A DNA stretch of 64,000 nt from Bacilli bacterium (GTDB lineage: Bacteria > Bacillota_I > Bacilli_A > RFN20 > CAG-826), in assembly GCA_024408655.1 (NCBI GenBank), contig JAKSUV010000001.1, positions 5,544 to 69,543 of the forward strand. The letters are read 5' to 3'. Positions 18,384 through 30,713 of the stretch are shown one piece after another; within the stretch, counting starts at the first letter, position 1; each line of letters begins with the position of its first letter. Below the pieces are notes generated by a model. The model had not been told where the DNA came from and did no database searches. It saw only the letters and a list, made by a program, of their open reading frames with translations. The position numbers and the translations under genes were made by a program.

Positions 18384-19658
18384 TTATTTGCTTTTTGGCG
18401 AAATTTTCGTCTTCCCGCCCATGAATGGTCTTAAGACTTCAGGGATGATGACACTGCCATCGGGTTGTTGGAATTGTTCAATGATCGCTGGGAATAAACG
18501 TGAAGTAGCTAAGCCCGAAGCGTTAAGTGTATGACAGAAATGAGTCTTACCATCTTTGGCTTTATAACGCGCCATTGTCCGGCGGGCTTGGTAGTCGCGA
18601 GCGTTTGATGCACTACTAACTTCTTTATAAATGTTCATACTTGGTAAATAAACTTCAATGTCATAAGTTCGTGCCATGGAGTGAGAACAATCCGCCGCAG
18701 CTAATTTAGAAAGTCTAAAGTGTAAGCCGAGTTTTTCTACTAGCCCCGCAGCAATATTAACCATTTCTTCAAAAGCCGCATCGCTCCCTGTATCAGTGGT
18801 GTATTGGACAATCTCCACTTTGTTAAATTGATAACCACGAATCATGCCTCTTTCTTCAGTCCGATAACTGCCCGCTTCTTGGCGGTAACACGGCGTATAG
18901 GCAAAATATTTCTTCGGTAAATCTTCTTCTTTTAAAATCTCGTTGCGGTGGAAATTTACTAACGCAGTTTCAGCGGTTGGAAGTAAGAAACGGTCCATTC
19001 CTTCAACGTGGAAAACGGCGTTCCGGAATTTCGGGAATTGACCCGCGCCATAACCAGACGCTTCGTTTAACATATGGGGTGGCAAAATAAAACGGTAGCC
19101 GTTCTTTAAATGTTCGCTAATAAAATAGTTAATTAATGCCCATTCAAGTTCCGCACCTTCACCAGTATAAATCCAGGTCCCTTCACCACTAATTTTGGCA
19201 GCGCGTTCATAATCAACTAGACCTAGTAATTTAGCTAGTTCAACGTGATCGCGCACTTTAAAATTAAAGATGGGTTTTGGATTAACAACTTTAATGACTT
19301 TATTATTTTCTTTCCCGCCGGAAACCACGTCTTCATCGGGTAAATTTGGTAATTCACTAATAATGTCATTAATCTCTTTTTCAATCTTTTTGAGTTCAAC
19401 TTCTTTGTCTTTATTTTTCGCCGCCAAGGCTTTCACTTGGGTAAAAATTTCTTTTGGATCTTTCCCGGCTTTTTTATATTGTGGCACTTGAGCAGATAAT
19501 TTATTTTGTTCCGCTTTATTCGCTTCAGTTTCTAAAATTAAACTCTTCCGTTTTTGGCTAAGAGTGATGACCGTTTGTGGATCAAAATCCCACGCCTTCT
19601 TTTTTAGTGCCGCTTGCACATAATCTGGTTTTTCTACAATGAGTTTTAGATCAATCAT
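18384..19658 (-). CDS. serS: Seryl-tRNA synthetase
   Basis: An N-terminal coiled-coil arm and a class II core with TAE...PCYRQEAGS and GLATSR motifs. 424 aa. Confidence 0.95.
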   Translation of the reverse strand: MIDLKLIVEKPDYVQAALKKKAWDFDPQTVITLSQKRKSLILETEANKAEQNKLSAQVPQYKKAGKDPKEIFTQVKALAAKNKDKEVELKKIEKEINDIISELPNLPDEDVVSGGKENNKVIKVVNPKPIFNFKVRDHVELAKLLGLVDYERAAKISGEGTWIYTGEGAELEWALINYFISEHLKNGYRFILPPHMLNEASGYGAGQFPKFRNAVFHVEGMDRFLLPTAETALVNFHRNEILKEEDLPKKYFAYTPCYRQEAGSYRTEERGMIRGYQFNKVEIVQYTTDTGSDAAFEEMVNIAAGLVEKLGLHFRLSKLAAADCSHSMARTYDIEVYLPSMNIYKEVSSASNARDYQARRTMARYKAKDGKTHFCHTLNASGLATSRLFPAIIEQFQQPDGSVIIPEVLRPFMGGKTKISPKSK

Positions 19659-19668
19659 ACTAATCTCC

Positions 19669-20667
19669 TTATTTTAAAAGTCCTTCGTAAAGTTTGACTA
19701 ATTGTTTACCACTTGTTTCCAAGTTGTAATTATCTTTAACAAATTGATAAGCTTTCGTAATCGTGGGTTTAAGTCGACCCTTTAAATATTTTTCAATCAA
19801 GGTCGCGACATCATAGGTCCCACGCGCAATATAACAATTGATTTTATCCTTTAAATACGAGGTTTTTCCGCGCTTATCATTAAATAAAATTACTTGGGTT
19901 TTGGCCGCCATCGCTTCCATCACGTGGATGGTTTCAATTCGCCGCGAGTCAAGGAGCAAAAAGATTTTGCTATGCATTAAGGTCGAACGGAAAATTTGTT
20001 CGGGAATAAGTGAGGAAAAGATAATATTATCTGGCCCTTCGGTAATATATTTACGCCGCAAGACATTACTATAATTAGCGCCAATAAAATAAAATTGGGT
20101 GAACGAACAAAGTTCGGCAATTTCTAAGAGATTTTGCATCTCCACTTTATTTTTATAATCACCAACGCAAAGGATGAATGGATCTTGATTACTTTGCTCA
20201 AAATAGGCTTTAAATAACGGAGCAATTTTCTTGCGCGTTTCATCGCTAAATCGTTTGAAATTCACGGGCGAAGGGAATACTTTAATCGGACTTTTTACGC
20301 CTGATTTTTCTAAAAATTCTTTCGCGTGAATGCCCGGCACTAAGACTAAGTTAGCGGCGTTTAAGCAACGCCGATACTTGCCTTTTAAGACTTGCCGATT
20401 TTCGGTGAGATGCACCATTTGTGATTGCTTTTCAGTCTCGCAATATAGGGCACTCACCACCGCTGGATAACCAGCGAATTTAACTTCATTCACCTTATTA
20501 AGATCTTCGTCATTAACAAAGTGCACTAAATCAAAGTCAGCGAAAACGCTCGTTTCATAAGGAACGTTAACGGCTTCGAGGGCCCCTTTGATGGACTTAC
20601 GAAGACGGTTTTCTTCATAAGCCTCATCATTATGCGAATTCTTCTTCGCGTAAATAAGCGGCTTCAT
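19669..20667 (-). CDS. Putative GT-B (GT4-like) glycosyltransferase
   Basis: C-terminal ETIHVMEAMAAKTQVI resembles the GT4 E-x7-E donor-binding region. 332 aa. The acceptor and donor are unknown. Confidence 0.5.
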   Translation of the reverse strand: MKPLIYAKKNSHNDEAYEENRLRKSIKGALEAVNVPYETSVFADFDLVHFVNDEDLNKVNEVKFAGYPAVVSALYCETEKQSQMVHLTENRQVLKGKYRRCLNAANLVLVPGIHAKEFLEKSGVKSPIKVFPSPVNFKRFSDETRKKIAPLFKAYFEQSNQDPFILCVGDYKNKVEMQNLLEIAELCSFTQFYFIGANYSNVLRRKYITEGPDNIIFSSLIPEQIFRSTLMHSKIFLLLDSRRIETIHVMEAMAAKTQVILFNDKRGKTSYLKDKINCYIARGTYDVATLIEKYLKGRLKPTITKAYQFVKDNYNLETSGKQLVKLYEGLLK

Positions 20668-20672
20668 GAATT

Positions 20673-23243
20673 TTAGTCGGCGATATCATCAGGCGATACC
20701 GCTGGTCCTGTTGCTCCTTCTGTTTGTTCTTCCGCGGGCGCTTCTTCGCTCGTGGCATCTTCTTCACTTTGTAAATCGTGAGGAAGGATTGTGAGACTAG
20801 AAACTTTATGTTTTTCTTCTAGACGAATGACCCGGACACCTTGTGTGTTCCGACCACTAATCTTAATTTGGTTAATTGGTACACGGATGACGATGCCACC
20901 ACTAGTAATCACCATTAAATCTTCGTCGCCTTTTACCGCTTTCGTCGCAATTAAACGACCATTCTTTTGGGTAGTATTTAAGGTTAAGACACCTTTGGTG
21001 CCACGTTTCGTTAAACGATATTCGGCGGCTTCCGTCATCTTGCCATAACCGTTAGAGGTAATCGCTAAAATGATGTTGCCTTCAAGTGAGGTGGAGGCAC
21101 TCACAACCGAGGCGCCACTTGGATTCATACCTTTCACGCCCGTCGCAGTCCGACCCATTGGGCGAACATCGGTTTCGTTAAAGGTCACCATCTTACCTTT
21201 TGCGCTACTCATGGCAATTAAACATTTGCCGTCCGTGTGTTTCACTTCTAAGAGTTGATCGCCTTCACGGAGACCAATTGCAATTTTACCGTTTTGACGG
21301 ATTGAGAGATATTCTTCAATCGCCGTCCGCTTCACTAAGCCGTTCTTGGTAAAGAAGGTTAAGAAGCCAGTTTGTCCTAAGCCATCCTCTAAATCAATGA
21401 TGGACATAATGCGTTCATCTTTTTCAAGGTTCAGAAGGTTTTGGACTGGGATACCTTTTGAGATACGGCCACCTTCTGGCACTTTATAACCACGGGTCCG
21501 ATACACTTTTCCTTTATTGGAGAAGAAGAGTAAATCGGTATGCGTTTTGGTGTGGAGTAATAATTTAATTAAATCGATATCCGCGACCGTCGCACCCTTA
21601 ACACCACGTCCACCACGATTTTGGGTTCTAAAGGTGTTGGTGGTCATTCTCTTCACATAACCGTTTTGGGTTAACACCACCACGATATCTTGTTCCGGAA
21701 TGAGTGATTCATCATCAATGTTACCCAAGGTATCAGAGATTTCGGTCCGGCGTTCATCCGCGAATTTGGCTTTCACTTCTTCGAGTTCTTTAATCACAAC
21801 TTCGATTTCGTTGCCACGGCTTTCGAGGATGTGTTGATACTTAGCAATGTTGGCTTCAAGTTCGGCTTTTTCATCATCTAACTTCTTCTTTTCTAGACCG
21901 GTTAAACGACGTAAAGTCATCGCCAAAATCGCTTGTGTTTGTGGTTCACTTAATTCGTATTTATTCATTAAAGTCGCGGTCGCTTCTTCAGGCGTAGCGC
22001 TCTTTTTAATGTCTTCAACGATATCGTCAATATTATCGATAGCCTTGAGTAAGCCTAAAACAATATGCCGACGATCTTCGTCTTTCTTTAATAAGAATTT
22101 AGTCCGCCGCGTGACGACTTGAATTTGGTGTTCAAGGTAGTCTTTTAAAATCGCGTTGACGGGTAAAATCTTCGGTGCCGCGTTCTCTAAGCAAAGGAAG
22201 ATAATCCCAAAACTAGTTTGTAATTGAGTGAGCTTATATAAGTGGTTAAGAATTACTTCAGGGATACAATCGTGGCGGACATCAATTACGACACGAATAC
22301 CTTCTTTGTTAGATTCATCGTGGATGTTAGTGATGCCTTCCACAATTTTATCTTTACAAAGTTGTGCGATGCTTTCGATTAAGCGCGCTTTGTTCACACC
22401 ATAAGGAATTTCTTCAATGATAATCCGCTTACGACCGCTCTTATCATCTTCTTCGACTCGGCATTTACTCCGAATCACAACACTACCAGAACCGGTTTCG
22501 TAAGCATCTTTAATGCCTTGGCGGCCTAAGATAATGCCGCCCGTCGGGAAGTCAGGACCTGGCATATATTGCATAATTTCTACCGGTGTTAAATTAGGAT
22601 TCTTCGCTACCGCAATCGTTGCGTCAATTGCTTCACCTAAGTTATGCGTTGGAATATTGGTCGCCATACCAACCGCGATACCACTACTACCATTAACTAA
22701 AAGGTTCGGGAACCTCGCGGGTAAAACTGTTGGTTCTTGATCTACGCCATCGTAGTTATCCATAAAGTCAACAACATCACAATCAATATCGCGCACCATT
22801 TGGAGCGCTAATTTTGCTAACCGTGCTTCAGTATAACGATAAGCCGCAGGCTCATCACCATCGATTGAACCAAAGTTACCATGCCCATCGACTAAAGTAT
22901 TCCGCATCGCAAAAGGTTGCGCAAGACGCACCACTGCGCCATAAATCGCCGCGTCGCCGTGTGGGTGGTATTTGCCCATCACATCACCAACGATACGTGC
23001 GCATTTTTTATGTGGTTTATCCGGAGTCGTTCCGCTTTCATACATAGAATAAATAATCCGGCGGTGAACTGGTTTCATACCATCCCGCACATCCGGAATT
23101 GCCCGCGCCACAATGACGCTCATCGCGTAGTCAAGGAATGCACCTTTAACTTGGTCGCTAATATCAACATCTTGTAGTCCAGGGACAATGCCAGCTTCGG
23201 CTGTTTCGACTTCTGTATCTTTTTTCTTTTCTTCGTTTGCCAT
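20673..23243 (-). CDS. gyrA: DNA gyrase subunit A
   Basis: LDYAMSVIVARAIPDVRDGMKPVHRR, the catalytic-Tyr region AAYRYTEARL, and a C-terminal beta-pinwheel. It is adjacent to gyrB. Confidence 0.97.
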   Translation of the reverse strand: MANEEKKKDTEVETAEAGIVPGLQDVDISDQVKGAFLDYAMSVIVARAIPDVRDGMKPVHRRIIYSMYESGTTPDKPHKKCARIVGDVMGKYHPHGDAAIYGAVVRLAQPFAMRNTLVDGHGNFGSIDGDEPAAYRYTEARLAKLALQMVRDIDCDVVDFMDNYDGVDQEPTVLPARFPNLLVNGSSGIAVGMATNIPTHNLGEAIDATIAVAKNPNLTPVEIMQYMPGPDFPTGGIILGRQGIKDAYETGSGSVVIRSKCRVEEDDKSGRKRIIIEEIPYGVNKARLIESIAQLCKDKIVEGITNIHDESNKEGIRVVIDVRHDCIPEVILNHLYKLTQLQTSFGIIFLCLENAAPKILPVNAILKDYLEHQIQVVTRRTKFLLKKDEDRRHIVLGLLKAIDNIDDIVEDIKKSATPEEATATLMNKYELSEPQTQAILAMTLRRLTGLEKKKLDDEKAELEANIAKYQHILESRGNEIEVVIKELEEVKAKFADERRTEISDTLGNIDDESLIPEQDIVVVLTQNGYVKRMTTNTFRTQNRGGRGVKGATVADIDLIKLLLHTKTHTDLLFFSNKGKVYRTRGYKVPEGGRISKGIPVQNLLNLEKDERIMSIIDLEDGLGQTGFLTFFTKNGLVKRTAIEEYLSIRQNGKIAIGLREGDQLLEVKHTDGKCLIAMSSAKGKMVTFNETDVRPMGRTATGVKGMNPSGASVVSASTSLEGNIILAITSNGYGKMTEAAEYRLTKRGTKGVLTLNTTQKNGRLIATKAVKGDEDLMVITSGGIVIRVPINQIKISGRNTQGVRVIRLEEKHKVSSLTILPHDLQSEEDATSEEAPAEEQTEGATGPAVSPDDIAD

Positions 23244-23256
23244 ACTGTCTCCCTCC

Positions 23257-26365
<3,109 letters not shown>

Positions 26366-26371
26366 GATTCA

Positions 26372-26590
26372 TTAATTCAGCATGATTTTCTCTGAACCAA
26401 AATCAATCACATCACCTTTATAGAGCTTACGACCTCTCCTTATATCCACTGTCCCGTTAATTTTAACGGAATTAGACGCTAGGAAGGCTTTAACCTCACC
26501 CCCGCTACCAACAACCCGGGTAAGCTTTAATAGTTGCCCTAATGTGATATATGGGGTTTTTAAAGTGATGGTTTGGTTTTTTATATTCAT
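26372..26590 (-). CDS. yaaA: S4-domain RNA-binding protein YaaA
   Basis: 72 aa with an S4-like motif ITLGQLLKL...VKINGTV. It holds the conserved position between dnaN and recF. Confidence 0.8.
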   Translation of the reverse strand: MNIKNQTITLKTPYITLGQLLKLTRVVGSGGEVKAFLASNSVKINGTVDIRRGRKLYKGDVIDFGSEKIMLN

Positions 26591-26620
26591 AAAAAAATCC
26601 CAATATCATTATACGCTTCT

Positions 26621-26658
26621 TTTTATAAAAGGGAAATATATATAATATATATTCCCTT
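26621..26658 (-). terminator. Intrinsic terminator downstream of the pncA-like gene
   Basis: An AT-rich hairpin with a GGG/CCC clamp (gggaaatatata...atatatattccc) is followed on the minus strand by TTTTAT. Confidence 0.5.
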
Positions 26659-26668
26659 AAGGTCTTTT

Positions 26669-27190
26669 TTAGATAACTTTAATTTGTGAACACTTCATCG
26701 CTAAAATAGCCGCATTATGATTTTTAGGGCTCGTTCCAGCGCAAAGTTTTTGTTCAACGATGATGGGAATTTCCGGGAAATATGTTTTTAGTAAAATCGC
26801 GTTAGAAATTACACAAATATCTGTGCATGTACCAACTAAGGTGATTGATTCGATTTTTTCTTTTTTATTTAATTTATTAAATAATTCTACTAATTTCTTA
26901 CTACCGAAAGTTGGTTTTTGAATCGTATTATTTTTGTTAATAAATTTTTGTAACGGATCAACAATTTTCCATCCTTTACTACCTTTAATACAATGTTTAA
27001 TCGGTAAGAGTTTTCCTTCCTGGGTTTTTAAATATGTTTTAGCGTCATGAGTGTCTTGGGTAAAGAAAATTTTACCTTTAAATTTAGATGCCCTATTTTC
27101 AATGTTTTTAACGATTTTGGCAGCCGAAACGTTTTTTAAAGCACCAGAGACAAAATCATTTTGCATGTCAATAATTAAAAGGATTTTCAT
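26669..27190 (-). CDS. Isochorismatase-family cysteine hydrolase (nicotinamidase/pyrazinamidase-like)
   Basis: LLIIDMQNDF supplies the catalytic Asp and GTCTDICV the catalytic Cys. 173 aa. Confidence 0.75.
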   Translation of the reverse strand: MKILLIIDMQNDFVSGALKNVSAAKIVKNIENRASKFKGKIFFTQDTHDAKTYLKTQEGKLLPIKHCIKGSKGWKIVDPLQKFINKNNTIQKPTFGSKKLVELFNKLNKKEKIESITLVGTCTDICVISNAILLKTYFPEIPIIVEQKLCAGTSPKNHNAAILAMKCSQIKVI

Positions 27191-27221
27191 ATTTCGTGCC
27201 TTAAAACCACCTTTAAACGCG

Positions 27222-28337
27222 TTACGCGCGTACTGGGGTGATGAGTTGGATAATATTGTCGTTTTTCGTATCTTTAATTACAAATGGTTTAAATTCGCCG
27301 ATAAATTGTAAAACAACATCTTCAGCGCGAAGGGCTTTAATCGCATCAATCACAAAACTCGAGTTGAAAAGAATTTCTAATCTCTCACCTTCGTAGTGGA
27401 AAGTATTAATTTTTTCTTTCGCACTGCCAACTTCGCTGGTGGTAGAAGAAACTTCAACATCATCTTGCGTAATTACTAAACGCACAGTGTTTTTATCATT
27501 AGTTAATAAAGAAACACGATCAATCGCTGATAAAAGCTCTTCAGCGTTAGCTTCTAAGAAATAATTAAATGATTTCGGAACGATGTTTTTAACATTTGGA
27601 TATTCGCCATTTAAAAGATTAGAAGCAACGATAGTGTTATTAAATTTGAAGAACATCTTTCTTTCGTTAACCACAATGTTAATTGTTTCTGCTTCTTCAA
27701 ACATCCGAATAATTTCGTTGATAGTTTTAGCAGGGATGTTAGCGACAAATTCTACTTCTTCATTAATTGCGATTTCTTTTTTTGCATAACGAGCAGCGTC
27801 TAATGCGATTGCTGTAAGTTTTTTATTTTCCGCAGTTAAATTTAGCGCGGTTAACATTGGGCGATTTTCTTTATTTGCCGCCGCAAAAGAAGTTTGTTCT
27901 ACTAAAGCGATAAATTCTTTAGTATTAACATTAAATTCTTTACCATCTTCATTGAAATCGTATTCTGGATATTCTTCAGCTTGAGCGCTGTTTAATTGGA
28001 AATTAGATTTTTCATCACTGATCTCTACCACTGCGTTATCCATTACATCGAAAGTTAATTCTTTACCAGATAGCTTACGAACGATTTCAACTAAATAGCG
28101 ACCTTGAACAAGAATTGCACCATTTTTCGCGTTACGAATGATTTCTTGATCGTTTTTCGCAAATGGGATTAAGGTTGAAATAGCAATCGTTTCGTTACTA
28201 CCAATTAAATTAAGGCCACGATCATCTAATACTAATTTAACGAAAATTAAACTGGCGACAAAGGATTTAGATGGGATTGGTTTACTAACAACATTTAATG
28301 CTTTTAGGAATTCTTCTCGATTGATGGTAAATCTCAT
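27222..28337 (-). CDS. dnaN: DNA polymerase III beta sliding clamp
   Basis: 371 aa, begins MRFTINREEFLKALNVVSK, with three-domain clamp periodicity. It lies immediately downstream of dnaA. Confidence 0.95.
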   Translation of the reverse strand: MRFTINREEFLKALNVVSKPIPSKSFVASLIFVKLVLDDRGLNLIGSNETIAISTLIPFAKNDQEIIRNAKNGAILVQGRYLVEIVRKLSGKELTFDVMDNAVVEISDEKSNFQLNSAQAEEYPEYDFNEDGKEFNVNTKEFIALVEQTSFAAANKENRPMLTALNLTAENKKLTAIALDAARYAKKEIAINEEVEFVANIPAKTINEIIRMFEEAETINIVVNERKMFFKFNNTIVASNLLNGEYPNVKNIVPKSFNYFLEANAEELLSAIDRVSLLTNDKNTVRLVITQDDVEVSSTTSEVGSAKEKINTFHYEGERLEILFNSSFVIDAIKALRAEDVVLQFIGEFKPFVIKDTKNDNIIQLITPVRA

Positions 28338-28478
28338 ATTTATTTCTCCTTATTTTTAATAATATTTATTTAATAATAATAATTTGGTGTGGAATTGTGG
28401 ACAACTCACTTTTTCTTTGCTTATCTACTATACCACAACCCTCAATATTTTGTTAATTTTTATTAATATAATAAAACT
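28338..28478. other. oriC part 2: dnaA-dnaN intergenic region with DnaA boxes and an AT-rich candidate unwinding element
   Basis: TGTGGAATT (28388-28396) abuts TGTGGACAA (28396-28404). Weaker boxes TTATCTACT and TATACCACA are also present. Positions 28346-28385 are almost pure A/T. Confidence 0.6.
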
Positions 28479-29843
28479 TTATATTTTTAACTGACTTCTA
28501 ATCTCATTAATTACTGTTTGTAAAGATGGATTAGTTTTCAACCCTTTCTCCACATTTTTACACGCGCTCATAACAGTAGAGTGATCTTTACCGCCAAAGA
28601 TTTTTCCAATTCCATCAAATGGTGTATCTAAAATATCTCTAATTAAAAACATTGCGATATGACGAGCGGCAGCAATTTGGCCTGTCCGCATGTTACCAGT
28701 TAGTTGAGTTGGTGTTAATGAATAATAATTACTTACCACATCAATAATCTTAATTTCGTTAAGTTTTTTATTTGATTCACTAACTTTTAAATAATCACCA
28801 ACCGCTTCAATCGCGTTCGCTAAAGTGATGTGATCAACTTTCTTAATATTAATTGTGTAGAAAAGTAATTTATTAATCGCACCTCTTAATTCGCGAATAT
28901 TCTTTGAAAACTTTTCTGCGAAGAAAGGAAATACATCTTGATCAATCCGCGTAATATCCATTCCTGAAGCAGTGACATAAAGCTTAATAATTTCAATACT
29001 AGTGTTTAAATCAGGCGGATTAATCGCGATGTCTAAACCACCAGAAAATCTCGAGATTAAGCGGTTTTCCATCCCTTTTAATTCGTTAGGATGCTTATCA
29101 CTAGTTACTACCACTTGGCGGTCAGAATTAATTAAAGAAGAGAAGACGGTAAAGAATAATTTTTCACATTCTTTTTTACCACCAAAAAATTGAATATCAT
29201 CAATTAATAACACATCAATATTTCTAAAATAATCTAACATCTGTTGTTCAACGCGGTCATGTTTTAAAATATGCACAAATTCATTAAAGAATTCTTCTGC
29301 AGTTGTGTATAAAACGCGCTTATTAGGTGAGTTTTCTTTAATCGCATTACCAATCGCGTTTAATAAATGAGTCTTGCCTAAACCAGACGCGCTATAAAGG
29401 AAAATTGGATTAGGATTCCATAATTTATTTTTATTACTCGCGACTAGTAAAGCAGCTTGATAAGCCTCTTTATTTGAATCACCAACCACAAAATTATCGA
29501 AGGTCATATCATTCTTTAATTTTGATTCCGAGAATAAAGGAATAAGACCACTTTCCATTTTCTCTTCTTTGATAATTTCATCTTTTAATAAGAAGGTAAC
29601 CTGATAGTTACTTTCTAAGATATCTTGGATAGTGGAAGTAATTAAATCGTAATATTCTTTGCTTGATAAAACCTGCTTCGCTAAGCGGGAATTAACCACT
29701 ACCGAGATAACATTATTGTTAATATTTTTAATTTCTGAATCACTTAAGAACGAGTTAAAAATACGATCATCCCCGAGACGGACCCGCACTTCGTTTAGGA
29801 TTCTTTCCCAGAGGTGAACAATTTCTTCGACTTGTGATTTCAT
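28479..29843 (-). CDS. dnaA: Chromosomal replication initiator protein DnaA
   Basis: AAA+ Walker A ASGLGKTHLL, Walker B LLIDDIQFF and the C-terminal DnaA signature. The start is set at the ATG (MKSQVEEI), because the longer track ORF starts at a TTG with no SD. Confidence 0.95.
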   Translation of the reverse strand: MKSQVEEIVHLWERILNEVRVRLGDDRIFNSFLSDSEIKNINNNVISVVVNSRLAKQVLSSKEYYDLITSTIQDILESNYQVTFLLKDEIIKEEKMESGLIPLFSESKLKNDMTFDNFVVGDSNKEAYQAALLVASNKNKLWNPNPIFLYSASGLGKTHLLNAIGNAIKENSPNKRVLYTTAEEFFNEFVHILKHDRVEQQMLDYFRNIDVLLIDDIQFFGGKKECEKLFFTVFSSLINSDRQVVVTSDKHPNELKGMENRLISRFSGGLDIAINPPDLNTSIEIIKLYVTASGMDITRIDQDVFPFFAEKFSKNIRELRGAINKLLFYTINIKKVDHITLANAIEAVGDYLKVSESNKKLNEIKIIDVVSNYYSLTPTQLTGNMRTGQIAAARHIAMFLIRDILDTPFDGIGKIFGGKDHSTVMSACKNVEKGLKTNPSLQTVINEIRSQLKI

Positions 29844-29864
29844 AGTGAGATGATTATATAACAA

Positions 29865-30248
29865 TTAACATTAATATATAGACAAAAAATATAAAATTTT
29901 TATTTCTCCACAATTAGAAACAAAAAAAGAGCATAAAATACACCAAAAACGATAAATCCACATAATACAATTGTGGAAAACTTGTGGAAAACTTTTCAAC
30001 ATTTTGAATTTTCAACAATTCCCACAAAACGATTTTTTCTCCACACCTTATTTCATTAGTATTTATCGCATATGTAAGCGTTATCTCCACTAAAGATTTT
30101 TTCTTTCTCCACTCCACATGTGGACGATTTTTTGTAGTTAACCGGTTATTTTTATGGTGGAAAACGGCTTTTATATAATAAAAGTTTGCAAAAAGATTTT
30201 TTCAATAATATAATCTATTCACTTGTGTAGCAAAAGGAGAAGCGTATT
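29865..30248. other. oriC part 1: DnaA-box cluster between the divergent dnaA and rpmH genes
   Basis: At least 8 TT(A/C/T)TCCACA-like 9-mers in both orientations. Examples: TTCTCCACA at 29904-29912 and 30037-30045, TGTGGAAAA at 29972-29980 and 29983-29991, TTCTCCACT at 30105-30113, and the palindromic CTCCACATGTGGAC at 30112-30125. Confidence 0.8.
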
Positions 30249-30389
30249 ATGGCAAGCCACAGAACTTATCAACCAAGTAAACGGAAACATAAAAACGTTC
30301 ACGGTTTTCGTGCCAGAATGAGCAGTAAAAACGGACGGAAAGTTTTAGCTCGTCGTCGGGCGAAGGGTCGGAAGACTTTATCAGCCTAA
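30249..30389 (+). CDS. rpmH: 50S ribosomal protein L34
   Basis: Hand translation gives [46 protein letters not shown] (46 aa). The SD AAAGGAGAA lies upstream. It is too short for the ORF track. Confidence 0.95.
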   Translation: MASHRTYQPSKRKHKNVHGFRARMSSKNGRKVLARRRAKGRKTLSA

Positions 30390-30390
30390 G

Positions 30391-30711
30391 ATGAAAAGAA
30401 TCAATCGCATTCGGCGGAATCAAGACTTCAAGGCGATTATCGCGAAGCGGCACATTAATAAGTCAGACGAATACATCGTTTACACCGATCAAAATAACTT
30501 CGGTTATACAAGAATCGGTATCAGTGTCTCTTCTAAACTTGGTAACGCGATTGTCCGTAACAAAATTAAACGGCAAATTCGGGCGATGATTCACGATCTA
30601 ATGAAATTAGATAAGAATGTTGATATAGTAATTATAGCGAGAGACGGCTTTAAGAAAAATTCATACGAAGCAAACAAAACCGCTCTCAAAAAGGTCTTAA
30701 AAATTAACTAA
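30391..30711 (+). CDS. rnpA: RNase P protein component
   Basis: 106 aa, basic, with IVRNKIKRQIRA (RNR-like motif). It starts 1 nt after rpmH. Confidence 0.9.
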   Translation: MKRINRIRRNQDFKAIIAKRHINKSDEYIVYTDQNNFGYTRIGISVSSKLGNAIVRNKIKRQIRAMIHDLMKLDKNVDIVIIARDGFKKNSYEANKTALKKVLKIN

Positions 30712-30713
30712 CT

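Noticed and set aside
18384-19668. Expected T-box leader upstream of serS (and of lysS at 62516)
   Set aside because: Only 10 nt separate serS from the upstream gene, and lysS overlaps dusB. There is no space for a T-box leader of about 200 nt.
29914-30453. Minus-strand ORFs of 67 aa (29914-30117) and 68 aa (30247-30453)
   Set aside because: The first lies in the DnaA-box cluster of oriC. The second is antisense to rpmH/rnpA. Neither has an SD or a recognisable motif.
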